Notes: generated by a model from the sequence alone, not told the origin. DNA of 64,000 bases from Escherichia coli (GCA_902500055.1 GCA_902500055.1_4131.1); one strand, 5' to 3'; counted from the stretch's first letter, positions 46,598 through 57,973 are shown. Translations and numbers: made by a program.

Positions 46598-48883
46598 TAC
46601 TAGTGCTTTATCTACAGCTTTGGTACGTTTCGGCTTAATACCGATTTTACCATCAATAACATCAAATGTAATGTTACCACCATTCACAAGTGAACCACAC
46701 AACATTTCTTTAGCTAGTGGTACACGAATGTTTTGTTCAATGGTACGTTTCATTGGACGTGCACCCATGCCAACTTTTACCCCATTTTTCGCAAGCCATT
46801 CACGTGCAGCTTTTGTTAATGTAACTTTAACATTACGGTCTTTGACTTGTTCATTCAAACCACCCATGAACTTATCAATGATGCTGTCAATAGCTTCACT
46901 GCTTAGGTCTTTAAACGTAACGATACTATCAATACGGTTAATAAACTCTGGTGGCAAGAATGCTTTAATTGCCTTGTCCTGTGCAGTGTCACTACCGCTC
47001 ATACCAATGCTACGCTTTGTTGAATCAGCCGCACCAAGGTTTGTAGTCATAATAACAGTTACGTTATTAAAATATACAGTTTTACCTTGAGAACCAGTCA
47101 GACGACCTTCATCCAAAACCTGTAGGAAGGTTAGTAGTACTTTACGATCTGCTTTTTCAATTTCATCAAGTAACAGTACTGCATTAGGGAACTGCTCAAT
47201 TTTATCCAACAGTAAACCGTTACCAGAATCATGACCAACATAACCTGGAGGTGAACCAATTAGTTTAGAAACAGTATGTTCTTGAGAAAATTCTGACATA
47301 TCAAAGCGAATCAGTTCCGCACCAGTTGCATCTGCTAATGCTTTGGTAATTTCTGTTTTACCAGTACCAGATGGTCCAACAAACATAAATGCACCCTGAA
47401 CACTAGATTTGTCACGCAGTCCTGCACGAGCTACCATCACGTTATCAACTAATTTTTGAATAGCTTCCTCTTGACCGTATACACGTGAGCGTAGTGCATC
47501 TGGTAGATTACGCATACGATCACTTTCAGTACATGCAACCACGTTGATATCCAAATTGGCAATACCAGCAACAACTTCTTGAATCAAATTGGCAGTAATA
47601 AGCTTACTATTGTTGTCACGTGAACGAACTTTTGCAGCGGCAGCGTCCATTAGATCAATTGCTTTATCTGGGAAGTGCTTATTCTTCAGGAATTTATCAC
47701 TGAGAGAAATTACAGCATCCATTGCATCAGTTGTGAACTCAACATTATGGAATTTTTCATAAGTTGGTTTCAAACCATTAACAATTGCACGAGTTTCATC
47801 AATTGACGGCTCAACTACATCAATTTTCATAAAACGACGAGTTAATGCACTATCTTTCTCGATATTTTTACGATATTCATCATATGTTGTTGCACCAATT
47901 ACACGAATCTCACCACGTGAAAGTGCTGGCTTAAGCATATTGCTCATGTCCATAGAACCATTACTTGCGGAACCAGCCCCAACCATAATATGAATTTCAT
48001 CAATGAAAACAATAGTATTTTCACGTTTCTTTAGTTCTTTTAGCAAATTGTCGATGCGTTCTTCAAACTCACCACGATACTTAGTACCAGCAGTCAATGC
48101 ACCAACATTTAGTGAAAGAATTTCAACGTCTTTCAGGTGTTCAGGTACGTTGCCGTCAGCAATAGCTTGTGCAAGACCGTCGATGATTTGTGTTTTACCT
48201 ACACCAGCTTCACCAGTAAGAATAGCATTCTTTTTGGTTTTGCGAGCAAGAGTCTCAATCAATGCAGACAATTCTTTCTGGCGACCAATCATAGGATCTA
48301 GTTTGCCTTCTTTTGCAAGAGCAGTTAGATTCGTTGTATAGTCTTCCAAACCTTTTTGTTTAGATGATTGCTGCTGTTGGGCCACTTTTTTATCTCCAAT
48401 CGGTTCGTCATTAATACTTTGTAAGTTGATACCCTTATCAAGTGACTCAACGTGTTTTTGCAATGCACGTGCAGCTTCAGTACAGCTAACACCTTCTTCT
48501 TTCAACGCAGCTTCTAGTGCTGTGTTAGGGAAAGACAGACATTCGAATAGAACAAAATATGCATCAATCGAAAAATCATCACTTTTTAGTTGTTCAATAA
48601 CTGATTTTTTAGAAAGCTCATGTACAACGCGATTCACTAGAAGTGAAGTGCGATTCGCGTCTTCATCTTTAACACTTTTTGGTGCATGTGGAACTGTTGT
48701 ATTTTTAAGATAGTTCATCAGGCGGTTGTGCAGTTTGTCTGCATCAATGTTCATATCTTCAAATACGTTCTTGATGCTATCAATAGTCAGTACTGTGGCA
48801 CTTACGTGGTCAATAGTCAAGAATGTATGACCTAGAGATGTTGCCAGTTCGTCGCTTTTTTTGAACAATTGAGTAAGATTCAT
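46595..48883 (-). CDS. clpA: ClpA-like double-ring AAA+ unfoldase (Clp/Hsp100 family)
   Basis: Two nucleotide-binding domains: Walker [10 protein letters not shown] and Walker B VFIDEIH; second Walker [10 protein letters not shown] and Walker [10 protein letters not shown]; KRSIGM loop and [12 protein letters not shown]-terminus closely parallel E. coli ClpA (RKSIGL ClpP-docking loop, AMGARPMARVI); no long ClpB-type middle domain. Start set to ATG 48883 with AGGAGA upstream (track start 48904 is GTG). Confidence 0.85.
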   Translation of the reverse strand: MNLTQLFKKSDELATSLGHTFLTIDHVSATVLTIDSIKNVFEDMNIDADKLHNRLMNYLKNTTVPHAPKSVKDEDANRTSLLVNRVVHELSKKSVIEQLKSDDFSIDAYFVLFECLSFPNTALEAALKEEGVSCTEAARALQKHVESLDKGINLQSINDEPIGDKKVAQQQQSSKQKGLEDYTTNLTALAKEGKLDPMIGRQKELSALIETLARKTKKNAILTGEAGVGKTQIIDGLAQAIADGNVPEHLKDVEILSLNVGALTAGTKYRGEFEERIDNLLKELKKRENTIVFIDEIHIMVGAGSASNGSMDMSNMLKPALSRGEIRVIGATTYDEYRKNIEKDSALTRRFMKIDVVEPSIDETRAIVNGLKPTYEKFHNVEFTTDAMDAVISLSDKFLKNKHFPDKAIDLMDAAAAKVRSRDNNSKLITANLIQEVVAGIANLDINVVACTESDRMRNLPDALRSRVYGQEEAIQKLVDNVMVARAGLRDKSSVQGAFMFVGPSGTGKTEITKALADATGAELIRFDMSEFSQEHTVSKLIGSPPGYVGHDSGNGLLLDKIEQFPNAVLLLDEIEKADRKVLLTFLQVLDEGRLTGSQGKTVYFNNVTVIMTTNLGAADSTKRSIGMSGSDTAQDKAIKAFLPPEFINRIDSIVTFKDLSSEAIDSIIDKFMGGLNEQVKDRNVKVTLTKAAREWLAKNGVKVGMGARPMKRTIEQNIRVPLAKEMLCGSLVNGGNITFDVIDGKIGIKPKRTKAVDKALV

Positions 48884-48993
48884 GTATTCTCCTATGTGAT
48901 TCACGTCACTCTAATTAATAAACATTATATCACATTCTTACGGTTTGTCTACAAGGTAAATAAAGATATACCCGATTTATTTTGGAGACAAAC

Positions 48994-50487
48994 ATGACAT
49001 ATAGAATGTGGAAAAAAGGTAGAACCAATGATTACAAGTTCATTGATTCTGCCATTGCTGAACAATACAACATTGGTGGAGTTGACATGTGGCTTTATGC
49101 ATATGTCGGTCCAAAACAAGTTGCTGACAACACTGACTTATCCTATGGAGGTGATTATACATCTTCAGGATCAGTTGTGTCAAGTATTGGCGATTTAATT
49201 TTTGGTGACACACCAAACAGAAACTACAACCTTGAAGCTATCACACTTAGTTGTGTCTATCAAGTTCAAGAAGCAACTCCAGACTTGAAAATCCCAGGAT
49301 TGTTCTTTAATTTCAACACTATGGACATCACAATCCATTATAATACAATGATGCAGCGTTTAGGTAGAAAAATCATGCCAGGGGATGTGATAGAACTACC
49401 AAATTTACGTGATTTTGATGTATTGGGTAAAGATACAGGTCTAAACCGCTTCTATGTCGTCCAAGATGCATTTCGTACATCTGAGGGATACTCGGTTACG
49501 TGGCAACATCACATTTATAAACTTAGAGTTAAACCGCTAACCGACTCACCTGAGTACTCCGATTTACTCGGTAACAATAATTATCCTGATAATCCAGATG
49601 ACCCTAATAATGGTAATGGAAATACCGATGATGGTTCGTCGGAAAACAGTAACTATGGCAATGAAATGGATATCATGAACCGTATCATCATGCAAGCTGA
49701 TGATGAAGTACCCTATATTCATTATACAAATGAACATTTGTATGATGATCGACCTGATACAGTAGATTTATCAAAATATATGCTTAACGGTTATGATTTT
49801 CCAGAAGAACCTGCCGATGGAATGTATTTTTTGAAAAAAACATACCCAGTACTCAAAGAGTTTGTTAATGATACATGGATTTCTGTGGAAGTCAAGCGTG
49901 GAACCATCTTTCCCAGAAAACCAATGGATGGTGACTTCTTCTTTAAAGAAAATGACGCAGATGTGACAGGTTATACGTTGTATCAATATGATAAAAGTGC
50001 TAAAAAATGGTTAAATTGTGATGTAGAATATACTACCAGTGATGTTCCACCAGAAGATGTGGAAGATTTTTGTATTTTTTATAAAGAACCACACATTTAT
50101 CAGTATAATGATGACAAGTGGGGGGAACCAAAGGTAACTTATGTCAATGAACCATTCACGTCCAATTGTGTATATGGTAATATTGATTCGCAACAAGATT
50201 ATCGTCCTAAAATTCCACCAGCACGAGGTACAGTCCCTGAAGGAAATATGTTCCCAACTGATGCAGTAGATGGTGACTATTTCTATCGCACCGATTATAC
50301 TCCAGTTACGTTATGGGAATTCAATGCAACTAAGAATTCATGGGTTATTTTTGATTATGGTGGAAGAAAACCGTGGGAAGGTGCAGACTTAGCACTTACA
50401 CAGTTTGTAAATAGTGATAACAAAGTTCCATTACATGACGCAGTTAAACCTAATACTGTTTATCGCATACATAAGGACACAGAATGA
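48994..50487 (+). CDS. hypothetical virion structural protein
   Basis: Track ORF starts at TTG 48982; ATG 48994 with GGAG upstream preferred. 498 aa; lies in the structural cluster; contains Asn/Asp/Gly-rich linker (NNYPDNPDDPNNGNGNTDDGSSENSNYG). Confidence 0.4.
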   Translation: MTYRMWKKGRTNDYKFIDSAIAEQYNIGGVDMWLYAYVGPKQVADNTDLSYGGDYTSSGSVVSSIGDLIFGDTPNRNYNLEAITLSCVYQVQEATPDLKIPGLFFNFNTMDITIHYNTMMQRLGRKIMPGDVIELPNLRDFDVLGKDTGLNRFYVVQDAFRTSEGYSVTWQHHIYKLRVKPLTDSPEYSDLLGNNNYPDNPDDPNNGNGNTDDGSSENSNYGNEMDIMNRIIMQADDEVPYIHYTNEHLYDDRPDTVDLSKYMLNGYDFPEEPADGMYFLKKTYPVLKEFVNDTWISVEVKRGTIFPRKPMDGDFFFKENDADVTGYTLYQYDKSAKKWLNCDVEYTTSDVPPEDVEDFCIFYKEPHIYQYNDDKWGEPKVTYVNEPFTSNCVYGNIDSQQDYRPKIPPARGTVPEGNMFPTDAVDGDYFYRTDYTPVTLWEFNATKNSWVIFDYGGRKPWEGADLALTQFVNSDNKVPLHDAVKPNTVYRIHKDTE

Positions 50488-51827
50488 AAATAGATTATTA
50501 TTATGACGGTCAATTTCGCAGAGTACTGAAACATCTTATCAGAGTTTTTGGTGAATTTCAAGTACAAAATGGTATTGATGCTAATGGAAACCCAAAATAC
50601 AAAAAGGTTCCATGTCGCTATGCCGATATTTCAAGAATGGCAGCAGCAATTATAAATGGGAATAGTGAAAATGTTCTCCCATCAGCACCTATAATGACCA
50701 TAAGTGTTAATCAACTAAAGTTGGATCGTAAAAATATTCGTTCTAATGCCAACGAAACTATAGTAATGGGGTCTAACAAGTCCCCTGCTATTAATGAGTA
50801 CACAAAAGATCTTGACACACAATACAAAATTGTAAGACATAACCCAGTACCTTGGACTTTTACGTTTGATTTGAATATTTGGGTAACTCAAACTCAAACT
50901 AAAATGGAATTATTCGAACAAATCTCAACTTTGTTTGCACCTAGTATACAACTTCAATTATCTGATAACCCGTTAGATTGGACATCGCTTAGTGATGTTG
51001 AACTAATAGATTGTCAGTTTTCTACTCGTGGTTTTCCACAAGGAACTGACCCAGATTTGGATATAATGGTTTTAACATTTGAAACGACAATATGGTTTTC
51101 TTTACCAGCTATTGTTGAAAAACCAAAATTAATCCAACAGATTACTACAAATATTAAAGGTGCTCGTGACGAATTTGATTTTGAAATGGGAAATTATTCA
51201 GATATAATAACAGATGTTTTTACACCCAAGAATTTATGCATTAAAGTTGAAGAAATTACTAATTCCAAGTATAATTTACCTGATACATACCAACTTACCT
51301 TGGTTAGCCAATCGCTATCTGCGGTTTCTCCCAACGGTGGAATATATTCATGGGAAAAATATCTTAAATATCTAGAACCAAATTTTGATGACAAAAAAGT
51401 AGGGATTAAATTTCAACAATCTATTGAAGAAGACAACCCACTAAAAGGTCATATAGCGTCGTATGGTGAAAATGAAGATGCCAACAAAATTATAGTACAG
51501 CTTGATAATACCAATTATACTGTTGATTACACTATACATGGGTTTGTGCAGAAAGATTCAGTACTTTCAAGTGCATTACCTGAACAATATTATGTAAATA
51601 ACAGTATACATAACATCATTTATAAAGAAACCGAAATCCCATCAAATTATTTGTTTAAAATTACAAATGATGGTGCACAATTAATTGATCCATCTACTGT
51701 ACGAAATTACATTTATAATAAAGAAGACAATGGTTATTATAGATATAATGACAAATTTAAATGGCATAAAAGTATCATGCCTGTGTATCGTCAGGGATAT
51801 TGGAAAATAACTTTCACTGACAAATAA
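50484..51827 (+). CDS. hypothetical structural protein (possible tail-tube-fold protein)
   Basis: 447 aa; start overlaps upstream stop (ATGA); functional call is weak positional inference. Confidence 0.3.
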   Translation: MKIDYYYDGQFRRVLKHLIRVFGEFQVQNGIDANGNPKYKKVPCRYADISRMAAAIINGNSENVLPSAPIMTISVNQLKLDRKNIRSNANETIVMGSNKSPAINEYTKDLDTQYKIVRHNPVPWTFTFDLNIWVTQTQTKMELFEQISTLFAPSIQLQLSDNPLDWTSLSDVELIDCQFSTRGFPQGTDPDLDIMVLTFETTIWFSLPAIVEKPKLIQQITTNIKGARDEFDFEMGNYSDIITDVFTPKNLCIKVEEITNSKYNLPDTYQLTLVSQSLSAVSPNGGIYSWEKYLKYLEPNFDDKKVGIKFQQSIEEDNPLKGHIASYGENEDANKIIVQLDNTNYTVDYTIHGFVQKDSVLSSALPEQYYVNNSIHNIIYKETEIPSNYLFKITNDGAQLIDPSTVRNYIYNKEDNGYYRYNDKFKWHKSIMPVYRQGYWKITFTDK

Positions 51828-51840
51828 AGGAGGTGTTGTT

Positions 51841-52305
51841 ATGAATGAAGCGGTTGGTGCTATATTTTTATCAAAAAGTACTGGACATATGATGTTAAAC
51901 TTGCGTTCTGAAAGAAGTACCTATTCTAACAACTGGGCATTTGTTGGTGGAAAGCTTGAACATAACGAAACACCACTACAAGGTCTGATGAGAGAAATTA
52001 AAGAAGAGTTGGGCAACTCAATACCTAACATTATTGATATTATACCGTTTGATGTATTTTGTACAAAAAATGGTAAATTTAAATATTATTCATTTGTTAT
52101 TGTAGTTGAGAATGAATTTGTACCAACTTTAAATCATGAAAGCTCTGGTTATGCTTGGGTTAGAATTGGTTCTTGGCCTAAACCATTACACCCTGGTGCT
52201 AAAAATACTTTACTTAACACAAACTTAATGAAAGATTTTTACTCACTATGGGAAAGTATACGTGAAGGTACACAGTTTGTCAACAGTTTACCATATAGAT
52301 ATTAA
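51841..52305 (+). CDS. Nudix hydrolase
   Basis: Nudix box GGKLEHNETPLQGLMREIKEELG (Gx5Ex7REUxEExGU). Confidence 0.8.
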   Translation: MNEAVGAIFLSKSTGHMMLNLRSERSTYSNNWAFVGGKLEHNETPLQGLMREIKEELGNSIPNIIDIIPFDVFCTKNGKFKYYSFVIVVENEFVPTLNHESSGYAWVRIGSWPKPLHPGAKNTLLNTNLMKDFYSLWESIREGTQFVNSLPYRY

Positions 52306-52313
52306 AACAAAAA

Positions 52314-52336
52314 GGAGCCGTGTGGCTCCTTTTTTT
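52314..52336. terminator. bidirectional terminator (GGAGCC-gtgt-GGCTCC + T7)
   Basis: Perfect 6-bp stem followed by TTTTTTT, between convergent Nudix (+) and 52335-53435 (-) genes. Confidence 0.65.
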
Positions 52337-53435
52337 ATACTCCAATAATCGGAATACCTGTAATATTTAACAACACGGATGCTTGTAGTTTAACGGATTC
52401 ACCAGCAGTTAGATTACTAATGCTACCATCAACTCGAAAACCTAAATTTTTATTTGAGTTTAGAGAATTGATAACCCAATTTTCATAATCAGCTTTAGAT
52501 GTTCCATTAGGATTTGGGATAGATGGATCTACACCATTAATAACAATATTTACGTCCCAGTTTGGGCGACTACTGGTAATAACATCTTTTATGGATTCTA
52601 ATTGTGTAATCCTACGTGGGTCTGGCATTTGACTTGCCCCCACCGAACCAGGAACAAAAGTTCCTTGATTATCTACATAAAATTGCCCTTTTATAAAAAA
52701 GGTTTTTGAATTGTATGGAAGAGAAACTATCTCACCAGAAGAATCATTTACTTCTCTAATCATAATTTTTAATTCATAGAAATAGTTGCTACCAAATTCA
52801 AAGACACCAGTACCATTAGTTAATGTTGTCCAGTTATTTGTATCTACTTGTGAAGTACCACCTAAGTTAAAATACGCAATTGGTTTAGTACTGTTACTTT
52901 GTGTGAACTCTATATATTTTTTACCATTATCATAGTTAATATCTAATAATGATGAATACTCTTTGTTTTCTGGTCTAGATGTTTGAATTTCACGCCATTC
53001 TTTGTTTTTCATTAACACACGAAGAGAATCACCGTTACTAGTTAATACCATACGACCCATAACACTATTTTCACCATCAGGTACTGTGTTAAAAACAGTA
53101 ATCATAGGGATAGCCGCCCATTCAGCTTCACTTACCATATCAGCAGGTTGTCTAGCATTATCAACTAATGATATCAATAACTCACCAGTACTACCAGTGT
53201 TTCTATACCAAAGTTGACCATTGACGTTGCCACGTGGTGCAGATGCTGAACTGAAATTTTCAACTAAATGTAAAAAGTTTTCGTTCCATGCTTGACCGTA
53301 ACTTACTTTATTTCTACCAACTAAATTTAACGGAACTGGGTTACTTCCGGGCTGGTTTGGTCCTAAAATAACATTATTTGGAATGGTAGCATAAACACTA
53401 CCATTACTTCTATAAATTGTATAATTAACACTCAT
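52335..53435 (-). CDS. hypothetical protein, probably tail/fibre-associated
   Basis: 366 aa, Asn/Gly/Ser/Thr-rich; last gene of an inverted three-gene block; RBS GGGGA. Confidence 0.35.
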   Translation of the reverse strand: MSVNYTIYRSNGSVYATIPNNVILGPNQPGSNPVPLNLVGRNKVSYGQAWNENFLHLVENFSSASAPRGNVNGQLWYRNTGSTGELLISLVDNARQPADMVSEAEWAAIPMITVFNTVPDGENSVMGRMVLTSNGDSLRVLMKNKEWREIQTSRPENKEYSSLLDINYDNGKKYIEFTQSNSTKPIAYFNLGGTSQVDTNNWTTLTNGTGVFEFGSNYFYELKIMIREVNDSSGEIVSLPYNSKTFFIKGQFYVDNQGTFVPGSVGASQMPDPRRITQLESIKDVITSSRPNWDVNIVINGVDPSIPNPNGTSKADYENWVINSLNSNKNLGFRVDGSISNLTAGESVKLQASVLLNITGIPIIGV

Positions 53436-53447
53436 TATATGTCCCCA

Positions 53448-54056
53448 TTATTGTAATTGTACACGAACTGTGTATTTAATTTGTAAGACACGGTTTGCAC
53501 TTTTCTCAACTGGGTGAAAAATGATATGGGTTAAAGGAATACCACTATCGCCATCCGTGTATAATCCCAATTCATCAAACACATAAGTTCCATCCATGCT
53601 TGTCCCTGAGCTTACACCTTGGTCGGATGGTTCACCTAACCCTAGAGTACAAATACATACAATATCAGTATAGGACTGTCCTGGTATATGTACAGTTGTA
53701 ATATTATTGTATTGTGAATCAATACCTGCCGTAATTCGTGGGTTGATTTTTTTCAAATATGTTTGTGAATACAAACCACCAAATGATGTAACACGTGGTT
53801 TTTTATAAGTAACACGACCAGTACTTAAAACTACTGTACCACCATTACCAAAACGCATCTCGCTAATAGAACCAATAGGAATACCAGTACTGTCTTGATT
53901 ATATGCTAACGCATTAGCAATGGCAGTACTCATATTTTCAGGGTGAATAGCGTTAGATTTATCTAAAACGATTTTTTGATTTGATGGATCAGTAACGTCA
54001 GTAATTAGGACATGACCTTTAACAAATAGTTTTGGTTGTTCTGTTTCTAATTTCAT
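53448..54056 (-). CDS. hypothetical protein, probably tail/fibre-associated
   Basis: 202-aa ORF with RBS AAGGA; middle gene of the inverted block. Confidence 0.35.
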   Translation of the reverse strand: MKLETEQPKLFVKGHVLITDVTDPSNQKIVLDKSNAIHPENMSTAIANALAYNQDSTGIPIGSISEMRFGNGGTVVLSTGRVTYKKPRVTSFGGLYSQTYLKKINPRITAGIDSQYNNITTVHIPGQSYTDIVCICTLGLGEPSDQGVSSGTSMDGTYVFDELGLYTDGDSGIPLTHIIFHPVEKSANRVLQIKYTVRVQLQ

Positions 54057-54065
54057 TTCTAATCC

Positions 54066-54563
54066 TTAGTAGTTAATTAAAATTTGTTCTAACTTCCCAG
54101 CTAAACTTTTTTGGACATCTGATGGATACTTACTAATATAATCACGGTCTATACCAACTTTAAGGTAAGTAAAATTACCAGTTACTGTTTCAGCAAATGT
54201 TCCGGTAGTTCCTTGTTGTCTAATTAAATCTCCACCATTTGGATTTAAAATAACCATATCAGTAAATTCAAGATAATAATTACAACTTTCAGTGAATTTA
54301 ATTGGAAACCAATCATCATCAGTAGGATTACTAGCTAATGTAGCTAACACATAAATTCTACCAATAAAATTACGTAGTGTAAATGAAATCGTATGTAAAC
54401 CTGTAGTACAGCCATAGTAGCCACCACTTGCTAGTGGTAACGTTTGTTCATTCCAGTGATAATCCAAGTTAGCTGGATACCAGCTATCAGATTCAGGAAA
54501 ATCTTGCCATGAACCATCTTTTGTTTTTCTTCTGAAGAGAAAGTCTTTTGATCTTAATGCCAT
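54066..54563 (-). CDS. hypothetical protein
   Basis: 165-aa ORF with RBS AAGGG; first gene of the inverted block. Confidence 0.35.
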   Translation of the reverse strand: MALRSKDFLFRRKTKDGSWQDFPESDSWYPANLDYHWNEQTLPLASGGYYGCTTGLHTISFTLRNFIGRIYVLATLASNPTDDDWFPIKFTESCNYYLEFTDMVILNPNGGDLIRQQGTTGTFAETVTGNFTYLKVGIDRDYISKYPSDVQKSLAGKLEQILINY

Positions 54564-54673
54564 TGTTTAAGCCCTTTTAGTAGTGAACTTTCATTTATTT
54601 ATTAATGATAACGAAATGTATTTTGTACTGATAAATATTGGTATATGACATTAACTCATACAAGGGAAATATT

Positions 54674-55801
54674 ATGACAATTTCATTTAACAATGGGTCC
54701 AGTGGTTCATGTAATAACTCCGGCATCAAAAGTCTAGTTATTAATGGTGCTGGGCATTTAATTGTAACCTATGCAGATAACACAATTCAAGATTTAGGTC
54801 TTGTTGTAGGACAGAATGGCGAGAATGGTAAAAACTTTTATCCTAATGAGATTGGTTTTGAAATTCCTTCCGAACAATTTAAAGTTGGTGAACCACTTGG
54901 GTGGTGCTACTTAAGCTTGGCTAACAACACCAGTACTCTATACTTTAAATCAAACGATGCACAAGATCCGACAAGTACATGGATTAGTGTTGAGTTTGGT
55001 AAAGGTGATACTGGTGAAGCGGGTAAGCCGTTCCACATTGATAGTGCTGGGACTACTTTCCCAACAACTGGTCTTTTTAATAACTATACATTTTATAATA
55101 CTCAAGATGGTAAGCTTTATTTCTATCAAAGTGTAACTGCCACTTGGAGTGATGGTATCCCTTTCCGTGGTGAACAAGGTCCGCGTGGTCGTTTCCATAT
55201 TGATAGTAGTGGTGATCAATTTCCAAGTATTGAAAATCTTCCAGTTGATTATTGTTTTTATAACAACACTGATGGAAAACTATATTATGTTGATGAAGTA
55301 ACTACAACTACCCCTCCTTCAAAAGAGTGGAGTGATGGTATTCTATTCCGTGGTAAAGAAGGTCAGCAAGGTATTCAAGGTATACAAGGCGAACCAGGTG
55401 CACCAGGTAAAGATACAATTTCTATTAGAAATACAATAGATAGCTCATGGACTAACGCACTATTAGTTATTGGTACGTGTCCTGCTGGATATGTAGTTTC
55501 TAATATTGATGTAAACGTTATACAACCTTATTCTCTTCCTGTAACTGATATGTTTGTACGTTTTGGTGGTGAAGCACAAGAAGATATTGGTGGGACTGTA
55601 ATTGCACCAACTTCCTACTTTGATATCAATCGTCAGATGCGTTTTATTGTTAATGAAACTAATCATGCAGCATCCGATGTTGATGAAATTATTTCATGTG
55701 TATTCAACGATTCTGTTAACAACAGTCCTTATGGAAAAATGGAAATTATTTGTACTCTTTCATGGCAAGCTCCTATCCAACCGATTCAAGATAATATTTA
55801 A
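54674..55801 (+). CDS. collagen-like repeat tail fibre protein
   Basis: Three copies of a ~45-aa motif (G-x-x-G-x-P-F-H-I-D-S-x-G-x-x-F-P ... Y-x-F-Y-N-x-x-D-G-K-L-Y-(F/Y)) each preceded by Gly-X-Y collagen-like tracts (GEQGPRGR; GKEGQQGIQGIQGEPGAPGKD). Start set to ATG 54674 (track start 54638 is TTG). Confidence 0.55.
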   Translation: MTISFNNGSSGSCNNSGIKSLVINGAGHLIVTYADNTIQDLGLVVGQNGENGKNFYPNEIGFEIPSEQFKVGEPLGWCYLSLANNTSTLYFKSNDAQDPTSTWISVEFGKGDTGEAGKPFHIDSAGTTFPTTGLFNNYTFYNTQDGKLYFYQSVTATWSDGIPFRGEQGPRGRFHIDSSGDQFPSIENLPVDYCFYNNTDGKLYYVDEVTTTTPPSKEWSDGILFRGKEGQQGIQGIQGEPGAPGKDTISIRNTIDSSWTNALLVIGTCPAGYVVSNIDVNVIQPYSLPVTDMFVRFGGEAQEDIGGTVIAPTSYFDINRQMRFIVNETNHAASDVDEIISCVFNDSVNNSPYGKMEIICTLSWQAPIQPIQDNI

Positions 55802-55815
55802 GGGAGGATGTCATA

Positions 55816-57957
55816 ATGGCAGTATTTTCTAATTTTGAAGGAACTATGCAGCCCAAATTCATATTGGGGAAAAAAGGTGCTTCAATAAATTTTATCAATG
55901 ATTCAGTTTCTATAAAAGATTATCTAGGAGAACAGTTCCTACCACTGAAGGTAGGAACTTCATCTGATCCTAATTCAGCAGTTAACGTAAAATATCTTGA
56001 AGATAACCCTAATGCATTATTTGGTGTTGTACCACCTACCGATGATATAGGAAAGAACAATAATACGTATTTTCAAATTGATGAAGATGGTATTGTTGAT
56101 ATTTTTGCAAAAAGCAATGGTACATGGGTAAAATCATTATACATTAATAAAAAAGTTCTATCCAGTAAAAATGGTGGAGATTTCATCGGACTTATTACTG
56201 GAGGTACAGTTCAACAGGCACAGTTTTATATAACACCAGAAGAATTTGGTGCTAAAGGTGATGGCGAAACTGATGACACTGCTGCTGTAAATTTATGTGC
56301 TGCTTATGCTAAAGAAAATAAAATCCAAATTCAGGCTGGTGGTAATTACCGTATCAAAACTGCAATATATCTGGAAGATGTAACTTGGTTTGGGGGAACT
56401 ATTACTGGTAACGGTGGTACTATGGTATCCGTTATTAATTCCCAAATACAATTTGCAACACTTACTGGATGTTATTTAAAATTCTTCGGCGGCGATGGTA
56501 AGTTTTATTTTAATAAATTTATAAACATCACAAGTACTGCTGCATTTTTAATGCAAGGTATGACACAACCAGGTACAATAGATTTTTGCTTTAATGAAAT
56601 GACCCAATGTAAGTATGGCGTTCTTCAACAAGGTACTGGTGAGAAAATGAAGGTTGGTAGATATTCATATAACCACATACATGATATATATGGTGATGCA
56701 ATTGAACTAAACGTAATTAACTCACACTATCCTGATGGTTTTGTTATTGAAGGGAACATAATTGAAAACGTTGATGGTTCTAACGCTCCAATCCCACTTT
56801 CAAACTGGGGTATTGGTATTGGAGTTGCTGGTTCTGGACCTTATGGTTTAGATGCACCAGACACACAATATGTAAGAAACTTTGTTATTAAAAATAACAG
56901 ACTATATAATGTTAGACAATGTATCCACGTTGAATTAGGCATGGACTTTAAAATACTTAATAATGAAGTTTATCCATCATCTTTAGTTTCTGTCGGTACT
57001 GGATTAACCACTGCTGGTGTTATAACTTATGGTTCTAAAGAATTCATTATTGATGGGTTGACTGGTCATTTGCTTAATGATCCTTCTATCACAAATAGAA
57101 TGGTTTCAATAAACTGGGGTGTAACTTCTGGTCGTTTTGCTGGACCACCTAGAAACTTTAAAATTTCTAATCTCTATATTCCAGAGTCTTCTATACTTGT
57201 TTATACTTCCGGTTCTGATAATTGGTTAAATAATACAGAATTGAGCAATATCACCTGTTCTAAAATTCTTTGGCGTGGTTTGCCATCATCATCTAAATTT
57301 AGTGATATTAGAACTAAAGAATTAGATGTAATTGGTCAACACCTCTCTACAGAAGGCGAAGGTGGTGGTATATATACTCGCTCTAAATATACTTATACTA
57401 ATTGGACTAACTGTGTTGTTCAAGATGATTGTAATGTTTCAAAATATAGTTTTTCTAAAATGTATGTAGACAGAATAGACCAATCATCTAATAACTTTAA
57501 AGTTACAACTGCAATCGATGGTACAGGTCACCGTGGCCCAGTACTGATACCTGTAGTTGAACAATATTATATTCCATATGATACTTTTCCAGGGGGACGC
57601 TATTTCTCTGAAGGCACGATTATTCATAAACAATCGGGTGGAAAATATATTGTAACTGTTGGTGGTTCTTTTTTCGGAAAATATGACACAATTAGACAAA
57701 CGGTAGCAGGACAAACATACATAGAAGCATTGGGTGTGTCATGGGGTGAAAACCAATATGCAAAAGCTGCTGGTACTGAGATTATTATATCTGGTGCTGG
57801 TGAAAATGGTGGTGATTTGAGAACGTATATAACTCGTGCAGTGTATGTTGTAAACAACGTATATAGAATTGATATTGCAGATCCTATCATAACAGCAACT
57901 GCCGCTGGTGCAGCATTAAAAGCCGCCCAACCCGTAACTTACATAACCCTACCATAA
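55816..57957 (+). CDS. tailspike with pectate-lyase-fold (right-handed beta-helix) polysaccharide depolymerase domain
   Basis: Signature ITPEEFGAKGDGETDDTAAVNLCAAYA typical of the pectate lyase superfamily N-terminal cap in phage depolymerases; N-terminal ~55 aa shared with the next gene; RBS GGGAGG. Confidence 0.7.
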   Translation: MAVFSNFEGTMQPKFILGKKGASINFINDSVSIKDYLGEQFLPLKVGTSSDPNSAVNVKYLEDNPNALFGVVPPTDDIGKNNNTYFQIDEDGIVDIFAKSNGTWVKSLYINKKVLSSKNGGDFIGLITGGTVQQAQFYITPEEFGAKGDGETDDTAAVNLCAAYAKENKIQIQAGGNYRIKTAIYLEDVTWFGGTITGNGGTMVSVINSQIQFATLTGCYLKFFGGDGKFYFNKFINITSTAAFLMQGMTQPGTIDFCFNEMTQCKYGVLQQGTGEKMKVGRYSYNHIHDIYGDAIELNVINSHYPDGFVIEGNIIENVDGSNAPIPLSNWGIGIGVAGSGPYGLDAPDTQYVRNFVIKNNRLYNVRQCIHVELGMDFKILNNEVYPSSLVSVGTGLTTAGVITYGSKEFIIDGLTGHLLNDPSITNRMVSINWGVTSGRFAGPPRNFKISNLYIPESSILVYTSGSDNWLNNTELSNITCSKILWRGLPSSSKFSDIRTKELDVIGQHLSTEGEGGGIYTRSKYTYTNWTNCVVQDDCNVSKYSFSKMYVDRIDQSSNNFKVTTAIDGTGHRGPVLIPVVEQYYIPYDTFPGGRYFSEGTIIHKQSGGKYIVTVGGSFFGKYDTIRQTVAGQTYIEALGVSWGENQYAKAAGTEIIISGAGENGGDLRTYITRAVYVVNNVYRIDIADPIITATAAGAALKAAQPVTYITLP

Positions 57958-57973
57958 AGGAGATTATATTAAA

